A DNA stretch of 64,000 nucleotides from Owenia fusiformis (GCA_903813345.2 CAIIXF020000001.1:34410001-34474000), one strand, 5' to 3'. Counted from the first letter of the stretch, positions 49,801-62,204 are shown. Made by a program: numbers and translations. The notes: generated from the letters alone by a model not told the origin.

Positions 49801-50132
49801 ACAAAACATATGAGTCAAAATATAATTTGTGAAATCTTTTTAGTGGTTTAATGAAAAATAGCATGCTCCCAAGCTGGACAAATTTTTCGATGACACCCCA
49901 TGGTATTTGAGATATCAAAGACTATGTCTTTCATGAAAAATGGCCACCATTTTGAATTGAATTTGTCCTACACCCATAAGGCATAAGCCTATAAAATTTT
50001 AATCAAATCCACCAAGTCACCTTTTCTGTGACCTGTTTTCTAAAAAGAAGATCTTTTAAATATCAAAACTTTCTTCTGCACTATATTAACAATATCTAAA
50101 AAGGGATGGGTATTGAGATGCTATAACTTAAC

Positions 50133-50934
50133 CACACATCCTAGTTTTCTGCATGAGAAAAATGCAAATTCTGCGCAGAAATTCTGCATGAAATCTAAAA
50201 TTCTGCGCCAAATTCTGCACGGGGAAAAGTGAAATTTTGTGGTTCAAGAATGTGCAAAAAGTTAAATTCTTGCTAAAATCTGAGACTAAATTAAAGCTAA
50301 AATCAATAATTTTCTCCAAAAAATGAATAATTCAAAATTCTTGAACTCCACTCATGCTGCTTTATTCAGCGATAATGGACAACTGCAGTAATAACATCAG
50401 ATGCAATTTTAATCAATTAGCGGCAAAACTTACCAAATGCTCACTTGTGAACTATCACGAAATTCGAAGTATCACGAAATTCCAGATCAATATGCAGGGA
50501 ATTCAGATGTCGTTTATTTATATATGACGAAGTAAAACGCAAGAAGAAGCATAATTTATTGCGTTAGAATACAAAATAATACAATATTAAACATATTATT
50601 GCAAAACAATTACGAGGGACAGTCATCGGTTTCAAATTTCGTGATTATGTTAGACGCAGTCTTACCTCTAAGTGCAAAGGCGGAAGTTCGAGAATTTAAA
50701 ACAGATTTCAGATTTCCTCTTGAAAATCTGACAAAACACAAGTATCTGACAACAAACGAGCGGAGTCTTTGGGTGTTTAGGTGAGTGACAAATATGAGAT
50801 GAGATGGTTGACTGGAAAAATCATGTTTTCCGCGAAATTCCGTGCTAAAACAAAAATTCTGCAAAAAAAATGAAAATGCAAATTTCTGCGGTTTTTCTGC
50901 GGCGACGCGGAATCACGGAATACTAGGATGAGTG
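50133..50934. mobile_element. CA...TG MITE with 6-bp TSD
   Basis: CACACATCCTAG / CTAGGATGAGTG ends; CTTAAC on both flanks; AAATTCTGC subrepeats. Confidence 0.75.
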
Positions 50935-51677
50935 CTTAACCTTCTGCATGCTAACTTAATTCAGCAAATATATCCCACGCGACTGACTTATTTTTCAAAG
51001 AGTGCAAAAAATGATATGCCTGGACTAAATAATTAATATCTCAATAACTACTGAATGAATCTGGATAAAATTTTCACAAAGAGAAGATACATTGGCCTGG
51101 CTCATGAAAAAAATGTTCTCATGAATTTTTTACATAAATAAACAGGACTGGGCATAAAAATACCTAGAATACTCCTCCGGAATCCGCCGCTTCGCCCCTG
51201 TGGAGATTCAACGTCTGGTCAGAATCCAAAACTGAATTTGCAGCGATTGAATGTTCATTTTTCAGTTCAGAAAATATTCTAGTTTCTATTTTCGATGACC
51301 ATTATCGGCTTCCAAGAGCCTAAAGAGCTCGAAATCGCAATCCATTTCCTCCACATGTTCGTTGTGATCCTATTTGGCCGCCATTTTGTACGATTTGTTC
51401 ACTAAAAACGACTTAAACACTGTTTAAATCGTTGAATTGAGAAATATTTTTCGAAACATCGCCATTTCTAGGTCAACAGGAAGTCCCCACGTAAGGACTA
51501 AATAAATCGGGCAATCTGATTGGATCATAAGACCGGCGGGAAAAAGTTAAATTTTTGAAAGTTTAAATTCGACTGGTCATCAAAAATTAATATCCTCAAA
51601 ACTTGACTTTCAATACCATTCTACTTTTGAAGTTTTAGACCTCTTGTTGAATATTCTTTTTATGCAACAAAAATCAA

Positions 51678-52355
51678 AACTAGAAAAATAGCAACTCCAC
51701 GGAGTAGCAAATGCCACTGAACAAAACATATTTTGCTTATTAGTGGCCATCATGAAAATTCCTTCATGAGCAGAGCTTGATTGTCCCTATACTAGGCATC
51801 AACATATAAAATGTGAACCAGATCCATCAATTACCATTTGAGTTATCAAAGATTACATTCCTTTTTTACGAAAAATGGCAGCCATTTTGAAATTCAGCTG
51901 CCATTTTGAAAATCTTTCTCGAACAGAGCTACTGTGTCTCTAGGCATCAGCATATAAAATTAAAAAAGAAAATCCATTCACTGCTATTTGAGTTATCAAA
52001 GATTACATTTTTTATGAAAAATGGCCGCCAATTTGATATTTAGCAGCCATTTTGAAAATTTCTCCTTCAGGGTAGCTACTTTGTCCCTAGGCATCAGCAT
52101 ATAAAATTTTAACCAAATCCTTCAACTAGTATTTGAGTTATCAAAGATTACGTTTTTTACGAAAAAAGTTCTTTGGGATATATTTCTTTCATGTCTTTCT
52201 CTATTTCATCATCATTGTTGATGCTGCATAAGTCATCTATAAACCTTGTGGTTTTTGTGTATTTGAGTATTTTCGAATAGTCCTTCTTATGCGGATGGAC
52301 AAACGGACAGACGGCTTTCTTGTATCCCCCTTGAACTTCATTTAGTGGGATAAAA
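51678..52355 (+). mobile_element. HINE-like family A element carrying an RT fragment
   Basis: Family A start, three units, foreign 125-bp insert, degenerate GGAC module, TTAGTGGGAT end. Other family A starts lie at 31737 and 63946. Confidence 0.8.
52166..52290 (-). pseudogene. Penelope-like (Naiad-type) RT fragment, second subfamily
   Basis: Translates KKDYSKILKYTKTTRFIDDLCSINNDDEIEKDMKEIYPKEL; 31/41 identical to the 267-aa RT; absent from the ORF track. Confidence 0.9.
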
Positions 52356-53499
52356 AGAAGATCCTCTTTTGAGTAAATAGGTTCAACATTTTGAAAAAAC
52401 TTGAATAAGTTCTAGACCTCTTGTTGAACCTCTTGTTGAATAATCTTTTCATACAATAAAAATCAGAAAGAGAAGATCTTCATATTAGTAAGGTTCAACA
52501 TTTTGAAAAAAATGTTCTCCAAAAGTAATTATAGCTCAATAACTCAGATGTCTGATGAGAGTAGGTAGTTACCAGTTTCACCACTAGGTGGCTCATTCAG
52601 GTCAGATAGCATGGGAGGTATAGTAGAAAGTTCCCTTTAACTTGATTATTTATCAGTTTTAGTGGTTCAATTTTCAAATCACCCTTATGTATCTAATAGT
52701 TAAGCAAATTAAAACATGTCCAGTAAAAGAAAATATTATCTGTCCAATACAAGAAAAGATATTTCTTTTTTTGTGATTCTTTTAAGAGGTGTCTATGGGC
52801 ATGCCCGGTGATCATACAAAATGAATGGAGGGGGGGGTAGGCGATTTCTGCAAGAAAACTCATTTTGGAAGATTTATTTTTTCAAGAGAAATTTTACAAC
52901 TGAATTGTCAAATGAATAGGCGCAGTGCACGCTTCTAAGATATGAGATCTATTAAAAAGGCGCATCATTGCTATAAATCAGGCAACAATGGTCTACACGA
53001 CCTGTAAAAATAGGTATAAGGGACGTTATAATCACAACACTAATCACATTGCTCACTTTTTAAAGTTAGTTTCCATGCGTTATACAAAAAATGATCGAAA
53101 TAGATTAATATTGGATGGAGTCTCCATATAATATTGGAGAGCAGTCTCCTGGGCTAATTATTTTTTTATGAAAAATAAAGAAATATCACCCAAATCAAAT
53201 TATGAATGTTCAAAAGAGGACATTTAAGTCTACAAGATGTAAAAATATCAAAATTGTCCGAAGCAGGGGTAACGTGCAGTAGACTGATTCATTTTGGAGA
53301 AAGAAGTTCATCAGTGTACTGCGCTAATAATTTTTTGTGAAAAATCTAAATATATGACCCAAATTATATTATGACTATTCAAAAGAAGACATTCAAATCT
53401 GTAATATGTAAAAAATCACATTTGTCCGAAGCAGGGATAACGTTCAACTAGAGTGATGAACTTTGTTCTCCAAACCGAGAATAGTCCTTCCCATATTTA

Positions 53500-55577
53500 A
53501 ATGAAGGACCCACGGTCCTATGCTCACACAGTTTGGAACCTTCAGAGGAATTTATATCCTGACTTTCAAACAAAAATATTGATTTGGATTTGTAGTTTCA
53601 AACTTTGAGAAACTTAGACAGCATAGTTGTGTGACCTAGTTTGATGACCTTTGACCTTGAAAATTTTACTTATTCAGAGCTCAGTAAGGTCTTTTGTGAT
53701 TAAGCTGACCAAAATTTACATCCAAAAATCAATTTGAAAAATCAACTTTTTTGACCTTTCGAAGGTCACTGAAGGTCAAGTAAAGGTCAAATCCTAAAAC
53801 TAATGTCATATTTGAACTTCTGGCAACTTGTAGATGATTTAAAAAAAAAATTTGGTCAAATTGAAGCAAGTTGAAAAATAACTTATTTTTACTGTTTTTT
53901 GACGTCAAATATCTCAAAAACGGTAAAAAGTTGATGCTGACATATATTGAGAAATAAGTAGGGAATGCTTAAATCTATTAATGATGTAATTTATTGCAGG
54001 AAATGATCAAGTATAAGGCAAACTTAAAGAAGCTTGTCAATCACAAAACCTGCCATTGACTTTATACATGAGAAAGTTTCCTAAAGTCCTACTTTTTATC
54101 AAATTTTATAAAGTAAACACCAAAAACTGTAATTCCAAGAGCTTTGAAATCTTCAGAGGACATAAGTTGCATATACACCAACTACTAAAAGTTATTTGAA
54201 AGTTCTACTTCAACAAAGTGTCTAGTATTTACAGAAAATTTGACTTTTTGATGTCAAAATCTGCAATTTCTCGGAAACCGGGCTAACTTGGGAAATGGCG
54301 ATGATAGGTCAAATAGGCATTATGGATATGCATAAAATGAATGTGGGTACGACTCAATCGGAATAGAAGTTTTAATTTGTGCGGCCAATGTTGACAGACG
54401 GACGGACCAACGGACGGACGGACGGACGTCATTTGTTGTTGCTGCATTGGTTTCTTCATTCATTTTCTTCTTTCTTTGTCTTGATTTGATTGCGATGTTA
54501 CTTATCTTTCTTCAGGGTCCACAGACTTGAGACTGCGCATAGGTGGGTTAAACGTTTTGATCCGGCCGGAAAACTCTCCCCTTCCCCTTACTGTTGGTCT
54601 TATGCTGATTTGTCATCTTAGTTTACCCTCTTTGCGGAGAAGATACTGTTTCATATTCATTTGTTAATGTTCTCTTCTCTCATTAATTTTCCAGTCCTTC
54701 ATGATGATATTCTCCTGCATATTGTATTTAGTACATATCCATTTATTTCTTGTTATAGCTTTCTTAGTATACGAATTTAGTATGTTGCTTCTGTAGCCTT
54801 GACATTGTAGTTTATTTCCCAGGCTGGTAACTCTGTTTGTTGCATCTTCCAGTTGACTGCAGATTCTTGAAATCCTTATTATTTGTGATATAAATATTCC
54901 ATAAGATTGGTTTCTAGGAATATTTCCAGATAGATCAGGATATGAGACTATTTGGAAATTGAAGTTTTCCCTTTTGTCGTATAGTTTTGTAGTGATTTGT
55001 TTATTTACTATTTTCATTTGTATGTCCAGAAAAATTGTTTCTGTATCCTTCTCATTTTCCTTGTTTAACACTAGTTCTTCAGGATAGATGTTCTTCATAT
55101 CAGTCTCCATTTCTCCGTCGTTGTTTATAGTACATAAATCATCGATGAATCTTGTAGTTTTAGCATATTTTAGTACTTTGGAGTAGTCTTCCCTATACAT
55201 TTTCTCAATGGCTTGAAATTCATAACTGTATAAGTATAGGTTTGCCATATATGGCGCCGGATCGATTCCCATCGGTATTCCAATTTTCTGTCTTAGAATT
55301 GATTTCCCTGCTTTAAAGTAGGCTGTATCCACGATGAAATCCACTAGATCATTGCACTCTCCTTTGGTATATGCCTTTTTATTATCCACCTTTCCACCCC
55401 ATTTGGCTTCATCTCCACCTACTGTTATCTTTTGGTTAGTTCCTCCTCTGAAGGCTTTATCTATCACCCATTTCAGTTTTTCCTTTATGTCAGTTAGATT
55501 GGACCAACGAACGGACCATCGGACGGACCAATGGACGGACGCCTGGTCGATCCCATAGGCTCACTGTGTGAGCCAAT
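53500..55577 (+). mobile_element. HINE-like family D element with an RT insertion in its GGAC module (mirror copy 58325-60402)
   Basis: Collinear with 44155-45105 except for about 1.07 kb inserted in the microsatellite; both subTIRs retained. Confidence 0.9.
54429..55500 (-). mobile_element. 5'-truncated Naiad-like Penelope retroelement (RT C-terminal part, ORF 54664-55467)
   Basis: QKIGIPMGIDPAPYMANLYL, RFIDDL, FLDI, LYDKRENFNF...LSGNIP...YGIFISQIIRISRIC. The ORF stops with no C-terminal GIY-YIG, and the frame is open to the junction at 55500. Confidence 0.85.
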
Positions 55578-56529
55578 AAATAGCACCATGGGTACTGGGG
55601 TCACATGGTGTTGCTTAAAAGTGAATGATGGCTAAAATGGCTGAAAAAATGGATGTAATTTTTGCCGATTTTTTGTAACAAAATTATTTCATACAACTAC
55701 TCTTTAGAGTGACTTGGCTTTTTACAATGCAGGACACCTGAAATTATTTGTAAAGCTAGTATATGGGCCACAAGTAAATTTCGCAAGACAAAAATGGCGA
55801 CCGTTTTGAAATTAGGCGAGCCTTTGAACCAGCAGTCATAGGGGAGTTTTCTGTATTGATGTTGAACAAAAATAACTTAAAACAGGAATCCTATTGACAG
55901 AGGTTTTACGGCAAATGGTCCAAAAGTGGATTTCATGAGACATATGGACAAAAAAAAGCAGATATAAATTTTTGCCGATTTTTTGTAACAAAATTATTTT
56001 ATACAACTAATCTTTACAGTGACATTGGTTTTTACAATGCAGGACACCTGAAATTATTTGTAAAGCTAGGAAATGAGCCAAAAGTGAATTCTGCAAGACA
56101 AAAATGGTAACCATTTTGAAAATAGGCGAGCTTTTGAACCAGGAGTCATAGAGAAGTTTTCTACATTGATGTTGACAGAAATTACTTAAAACAGGAATAT
56201 TATTGACAGAGGTTTTAAGGCAAATGGTCCAAAAGTGGATTTCGCGAGATAGATGGACAAATCAATGTTAACTAAAATGGCTGAAAATAAAAAAACGGAT
56301 AAAATTTTTTGCTGATTTTTTTTGCTGGCTTTTTAAAATGCACCTGAAATTATTTGAAGATGTTGATTTATGAAAAAATTACCTACATGTCACTGTAGGG
56401 GTACGACCCCCCTTATATCTCCTAAAATTGGGACCTACCTTTTTTCCTTTCTTGAAAGAAAACATGCTCTTTCCCACATAAACTTGGCAATTTAGATAAA
56501 AAAACTTGCATTACTGGGCACTGTTTTTG

Positions 56530-58324
56530 TTGTTCACCATGTGAGCTATTGCAATCACTCCATCTGTCCGTCTGCCTGCCTGCCTGCCTGTCAACAATTG
56601 GGCAGTTTTAAAACCTCTGTCAATAGGATTCCAGTTTTACTATGACTCCTGGTTTAAAAGCTCGCCTATTTTCAAAATGGCCACCATTTTTGTTTTTGCG
56701 AAATTCACCTTAGGACCATTTGCTTTAAAACCTGTGTTGATATGATTCCCGTTTAAATTTATATTGTTCAACATCAATTCAGAAAACTCCCTTATGACTC
56801 CTGGTTCAAAAGCTCGCCTATTTCAAAATGGTCGCCATTTTTGTCTTGCGAAATTCACTTTTTGCCTATTTCCTAGCTTTACAAATAATTTTGAGGTGTC
56901 CTGCATTGTAAAAAGCAATGTCACCCTAAAGAGTAGTTGTATGAAATAATTTTGTTACAAATAATTGGCAAAAAATTTTATTTTTATTTTCAGCCATTTT
57001 ACTTAACATTGATTTGTCCATCTATCTCGCGAAATCCACTTTTGAACCATTTGCCTTAAAATCTCTGTCAATAGGATTTCTGTTTTAAGTTATTTTTGTT
57101 CAACATCAATGTAGAAAATTCCTCTATGACTCCTGGTTCAAAAGCTCGCCTATTTTCAAAATGGTCGCCATTTTTGTCTGGCAGAATTCACTTTTGGCCC
57201 ATTTACTAGCTTTACAAATAATTTCAGGTTTCCTGCATTGTAAAAAGCCATGTCACTGTAAAGAGTAGTTGTATGAAATAATTTTGTTACAAAAAATCGG
57301 CAAAAAATTTTATCTGTTTTTTATCTTCAGCCATTAAGATTGATTTGTCCATCTATCTCACGAAATCCACTTTTGGACCATTTGCCATAAATCCTCTGTC
57401 AATAGGATTCCTGTTTTAAGATATTTTTGTTCACCATCAATGTAGAAAACTCCTCTATGACTGCTGGTTCAAAAGCTCGCCTATTTTCAAAATGGTCGCC
57501 ATTTTTGTCTGGCAGAATTAACTTTTGGCCCATTTACTAGCTTTACAAATAATTTCAGGTGCATTTTAAAAAGCCAGCAAAAAAAATCAGCAAAAAATTT
57601 TATCCGTTTTTTTATTTTCAGCCATTTTAGTTAACATTGATTTGTCCATCTATCTCGCGAAATCCACTTTTGGACCATTTGCCTTAAAACCTCTGTCAAT
57701 AATATTCCTGTTTTAAGTAATTTCTGTCAACATCAATGTAGAAAACTTCTCTATGACTCCTGGTTCAAAAGCTCGCCTATTTTCAAAATGGTTACCATTT
57801 TTGTCTTGCAGAATTCACTTTTGGCTCATTTCCTAGCTTTACAAATAATTTCAGGTGTCCTGCATTGTAAAAACCAATGTCACTGTAAAGATTAGTTGTA
57901 TAAAATAATTTTGTTACAAAAAATCGGCAAAAATTTATATCTGCTTTTTTTTGTCCATATGTCTCATGAAATCCACTTTTGGACCATTTGCCGTAAAACC
58001 TCTGTCAATAGGATTCCTGTTTTAAGTTATTTTTGTTCAACATCAATACAGAAAACTCCCCTATGACTGCTGGTTCAAAGGCTCGCCTAATTTCAAAACG
58101 GTCGCCATTTTTGTCTTGCGAAATTTACTTGTGGCCCATATACTAGCTTTACAAATAATTTCAGGTGTCCTGCATTGTAAAAAGCCAAGTCACTCTAAAG
58201 AGTAGTTGTATGAAATAATTTTGTTACAAAAAATCGGCAAAAATTACATCCATTTTTTCAGCCATTTTAGCCATCATTCACTTTTAAGCAACACCATGTG
58301 ACCCCAGTACCCATGGTGCTATTT
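56530..58324 (-). mobile_element. HINE-like family E with about 300-bp tandem units (partial mirror at 55578-56356)
   Basis: CAAATAATTTCAGGT / AAAAGCTCGCCTATTTTCAAAATGG units recur; (CCTG)n microsatellite near 56565-56590. Confidence 0.7.
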
Positions 58325-60994
58325 ATTGGCTCACACAGTGAGCCTATGGGATCGACCAGGCGTCCGTCCATTGGTCCGTCCGATGGTCCGTTCGTTGGTC
58401 CAATCTAACTGACATAAAGGAAAAACTGAAATGGGTGATAGATAAAGCCTTCAGAGGAGGAACTAACCAAAAGATAACAGTAGGTGGAGATGAAGCCAAA
58501 TGGGGTGGAAAGGTGGATAATAAAAAGGCATATACCAAAGGAGAGTGCAATGATCTAGTGGATTTCATCGTGGATACAGCCTACTTTAAAGCAGGGAAAT
58601 CAATTCTAAGACAGAAAATTGGAATACCGATGGGAATCGATCCGGCGCCATATATGGCAAACCTATACTTATACAGTTATGAATTTCAAGCCATTGAGAA
58701 AATGTATAGGGAAGACTACTCCAAAGTACTAAAATATGCTAAAACTACAAGATTCATCGATGATTTATGTACTATAAACAACGACGGAGAAATGGAGACT
58801 GATATGAAGAACATCTATCCTGAAGAACTAGTGTTAAACAAGGAAAATGAGAAGGATACAGAAACAATTTTTCTGGACATACAAATGAAAATAGTAAATA
58901 AACAAATCACTACAAAACTATACGACAAAAGGGAAAACTTCAATTTCCAAATAGTCTCATATCCTGATCTATCTGGAAATATTCCTAGAAACCAATCTTA
59001 TGGAATATTTATATCACAAATAATAAGGATTTCAAGAATCTGCAGTCAACTGGAAGATGCAACAAACAGAGTTACCAGCCTGGGAAATAAACTACAATGT
59101 CAAGGCTACAGAAGCAACATACTAAATTCGTATACTAAGAAAGCTATAACAAGAAATAAATGGATATGTACTAAATACAATATGCAGGAGAATATCATCA
59201 TGAAGGACTGGAAAATTAATGAGAGAAGAGAACATTAACAAATGAATATGAAACAGTATCTTCTCCGCAAAGAGGGTAAACTAAGATGACAAATCAGCAT
59301 AAGACCAACAGTAAGGGGAAGGGGAGAGTTTTCCGGCCGGATCAAAACGTTTAACCCACCTATGCGCAGTCTCAAGTCTGTGGACCCTGAAGAAAGATAA
59401 GTAACATCGCAATCAAATCAAGACAAAGAAAGAAGAAAATGAATGAAGAAACCAATGCAGCAACAACAAATGACGTCCGTCCGTCCGTCCGTTGGTCCGT
59501 CCGTCTGTCAACATTGGCCGCACAAATTAAAACTTCTATTCCGATTGAGTCGTACCCACATTCATTTTATGCATATCCATAATGCCTATTTGACCTATCA
59601 TCGCCATTTCCCAAGTTAGCCCGGTTTCCGAGAAATTGCAGATTTTGACATCAAAAAGTCAAATTTTCTGTAAATACTAGACACTTTGTTGAAGTAGAAC
59701 TTTCAAATAACTTTTAGTAGTTGGTGTATATGCAACTTATGTCCTCTGAAGATTTCAAAGCTCTTGGAATTACAGTTTTTGGTGTTTACTTTATAAAATT
59801 TGATAAAAAGTAGGACTTTAGGAAACTTTCTCATGTATAAAGTCAATGGCAGGTTTTGTGATTGACAAGCTTCTTTAAGTTTGCCTTATACTTGATCATT
59901 TCCTGCAATAAATTACATCATTAATAGATTTAAGCATTCCCTACTTATTTCTCAATATATGTCAGCATCAACTTTTTACCGTTTTTGAGATATTTGACGT
60001 CAAAAAACAGTAAAAATAAGTTATTTTTCAACTTGCTTCAATTTGACCAAATTTTTTTTTTAAATCATCTACAAGTTGCCAGAAGTTCAAATATGACATT
60101 AGTTTTAGGATTTGACCTTTACTTGACCTTCAGTGACCTTCGAAAGGTCAAAAAAGTTGATTTTTCAAATTGATTTTTGGATGTAAATTTTGGTCAGCTT
60201 AATCACAAAAGACCTTACTGAGCTCTGAATAAGTAAAATTTTCAAGGTCAAAGGTCATCAAACTAGGTCACACAACTATGCTGTCTAAGTTTCTCAAAGT
60301 TTGAAACTACAAACCCAAATCAATATTTTTGTTTGAAAGTCAGGATATAAATTCCTCTGAAGGTTCCAAACTGTGTGAGCATAGGACCGTGGGTCCTTCA
60401 TTTAAATATGGGAAGGACTATTCTCGGTTTGGAGAACAAAGTTCATCACTCTAGTTGAACGTTATCCCTGCTTCGGACAAATGTGATTTTTTACATATTA
60501 CAGATTTGAATGTCTTCTTTTGAATAGTCATAATATAATTTGGGTCATATATTTAGATTTTTCACAAAAAATTATTAGCGCAGTACACTGATGAACTTCT
60601 TTCTCCAAAATGAATCAGTCTACTGCACGTTACCCCTGCTTCGGACAATTTTGATATTTTTACATCTTGTAGACTTAAATGTCCTCTTTTGAACATTCAT
60701 AATTTGATTTGGGTGATATTTCTTTATTTTTCATAAAAAAATAATTAGCCCAGGAGACTGCTCTCCAATATTATATGGAGACTCCATCCAATATTAATCT
60801 ATTTCGATCATTTTTTGTATAACGCATGGAAACTAACTTTAAAAAGTGAGCAATGTGATTAGTGTTGTGATTATAACGTCCCTTATACCTATTTTTACAG
60901 GTCGTGTAGACCATTGTTGCCTGATTTATAGCAATGATGCGCCTTTTTAATAGATCTCATATCTTAGAAGCGTGCACTGCGCCTATTCATTTGA
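57546..60994 (-). repeat. Right arm of the 3449-bp inverted repeat
   Basis: Reverse complement of 52908-56356; the ORF track shows three identical ORFs on opposite strands. Confidence 0.95.
58402..59473 (+). mobile_element. Mirror copy of the Naiad-like fragment (ORF 58435-59238)
   Basis: Identical 267-aa translation; produced by the inverted duplication. Confidence 0.85.
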
Positions 60995-62190
60995 ATTTGT
61001 CAACTTGCTCCAAATTGACCAAATTTTTTTTTAAAAAACATCTACAAGTTCTCAGAAGTTCAAATCTGACCTTAGATTTCAGATTTGACCTTTCGTTCAC
61101 CTTCAGTGACCTTGAAAAGGTCAAAAAAGTTGATTTTCTAAATTGATATTTTGGATTTAAATTTAGGTCAGCTTAATTACAAAACACCTACTGAGGTCTG
61201 AAAAAGTGAAATTTTCAAGGTCGAAGGTCAAGGTCATTAAACTAGGTCACAAATGATGTTATCCAATTTCTCAAAGTTTGAGACTACAAATCAATTCTGG
61301 TCATCAAAATTCCAAGAAAACCGCTAACCTGTTCAACTTGACATTTTTACACATGCAATAGCAGACTAGTGGCAAGATCTGATTAGGTTTAGGGCATGCT
61401 GGGTAAACTAGGTGGCGGCCATTTTGAATTTTTCAACAAATCTTGTCATCAAAATTCCAGGAAAACCACTTATCCGTTCAACTTGAAATTTTTACAGATG
61501 CAAGAGCAGACTATTGCCAAGATCTGATTAGGTTTTGGGTATGCTGGCTGAATTACATGGTGGCCATTTTGAATTTTTCAATTTGGCGGCCATTTTGAAT
61601 TTTCAACTTGCTCCAAATTGACCAAATTTTTTTTTAAAAACATCTACAAGTTCTCAGAAGTTCAAATCTGACCTTAGATTTCAGATTTGACCTTTCTTTC
61701 ACCTTCAGTGACCTTGAAAAGGTCAAAAAGTTGATTTTCTAAATTGATATTTTGGATTTAAATTTAGGTCAGCTTAATTACAAAACACCTACTGAGGTCT
61801 GAAAAAGTGAAATTTTCAAGGTCAAAGGTCATCAAATTAGGTCACAAATAATGTTATCTAAATTTTCCAAAGTTCAAGACTACAAATAAATTCTTGTCAT
61901 CAAAATTGCAGGAAAACCGCTAACCTTGTCAACTTGAAATGTTTACAGATGCAAGAGCAGACTAGTGCCAAGGTCTGATTAGGTTTTGGCCATGCTGGGT
62001 AAATTGCATGGTGGCCAGTTTGCTCTTCAAAGTGCGATATTTATCACTGTGTGTCTTGTTGACCTTGAGAATGTCATTGAAGGTCAAATCTTTTTTGACC
62101 TTGAGAATGTCATTTAAGGTCAAATCTATAGTCAGATTTGAACTTTTGACAACTTGTAGATGATTTTGAAAAAAAAATTGGTCAATTTGA
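60995..62190. repeat. Degenerate tandem repeats related to HINE family D
   Basis: 60995-61430 is repeated at about 61598-62020; shares TTCAGTGACCTT and AAGGTCAAAAAAGTTGATTTT motifs with family D. Confidence 0.65.
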
Positions 62191-62204
62191 CAAAAAAGGT
62201 ATCC

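Larger units (their letters stand above)
52908..56356 (+). repeat. Left arm of a 3449-bp near-perfect inverted repeat
   Basis: Paired coordinates sum to 113902 throughout (for example 54664/59238, 53729/60173); one mismatch noticed (53588/60314). Confidence 0.95.

Noticed and set aside
51180..51560. CpG-richer patch with CCAAT, GGAAGT and GCCATTTT motifs as a host promoter
   Set aside because: No associated exon was found, similar patches occur inside MITEs here, and it cannot be supported without expression data.
54664..59238. Two divergent 267-aa RT genes as a dedicated two-gene or endonuclease-less system
   Set aside because: The start is a GTG within a frame open to the insertion junction, the first RT motifs are missing, and the second copy comes from the inverted duplication.
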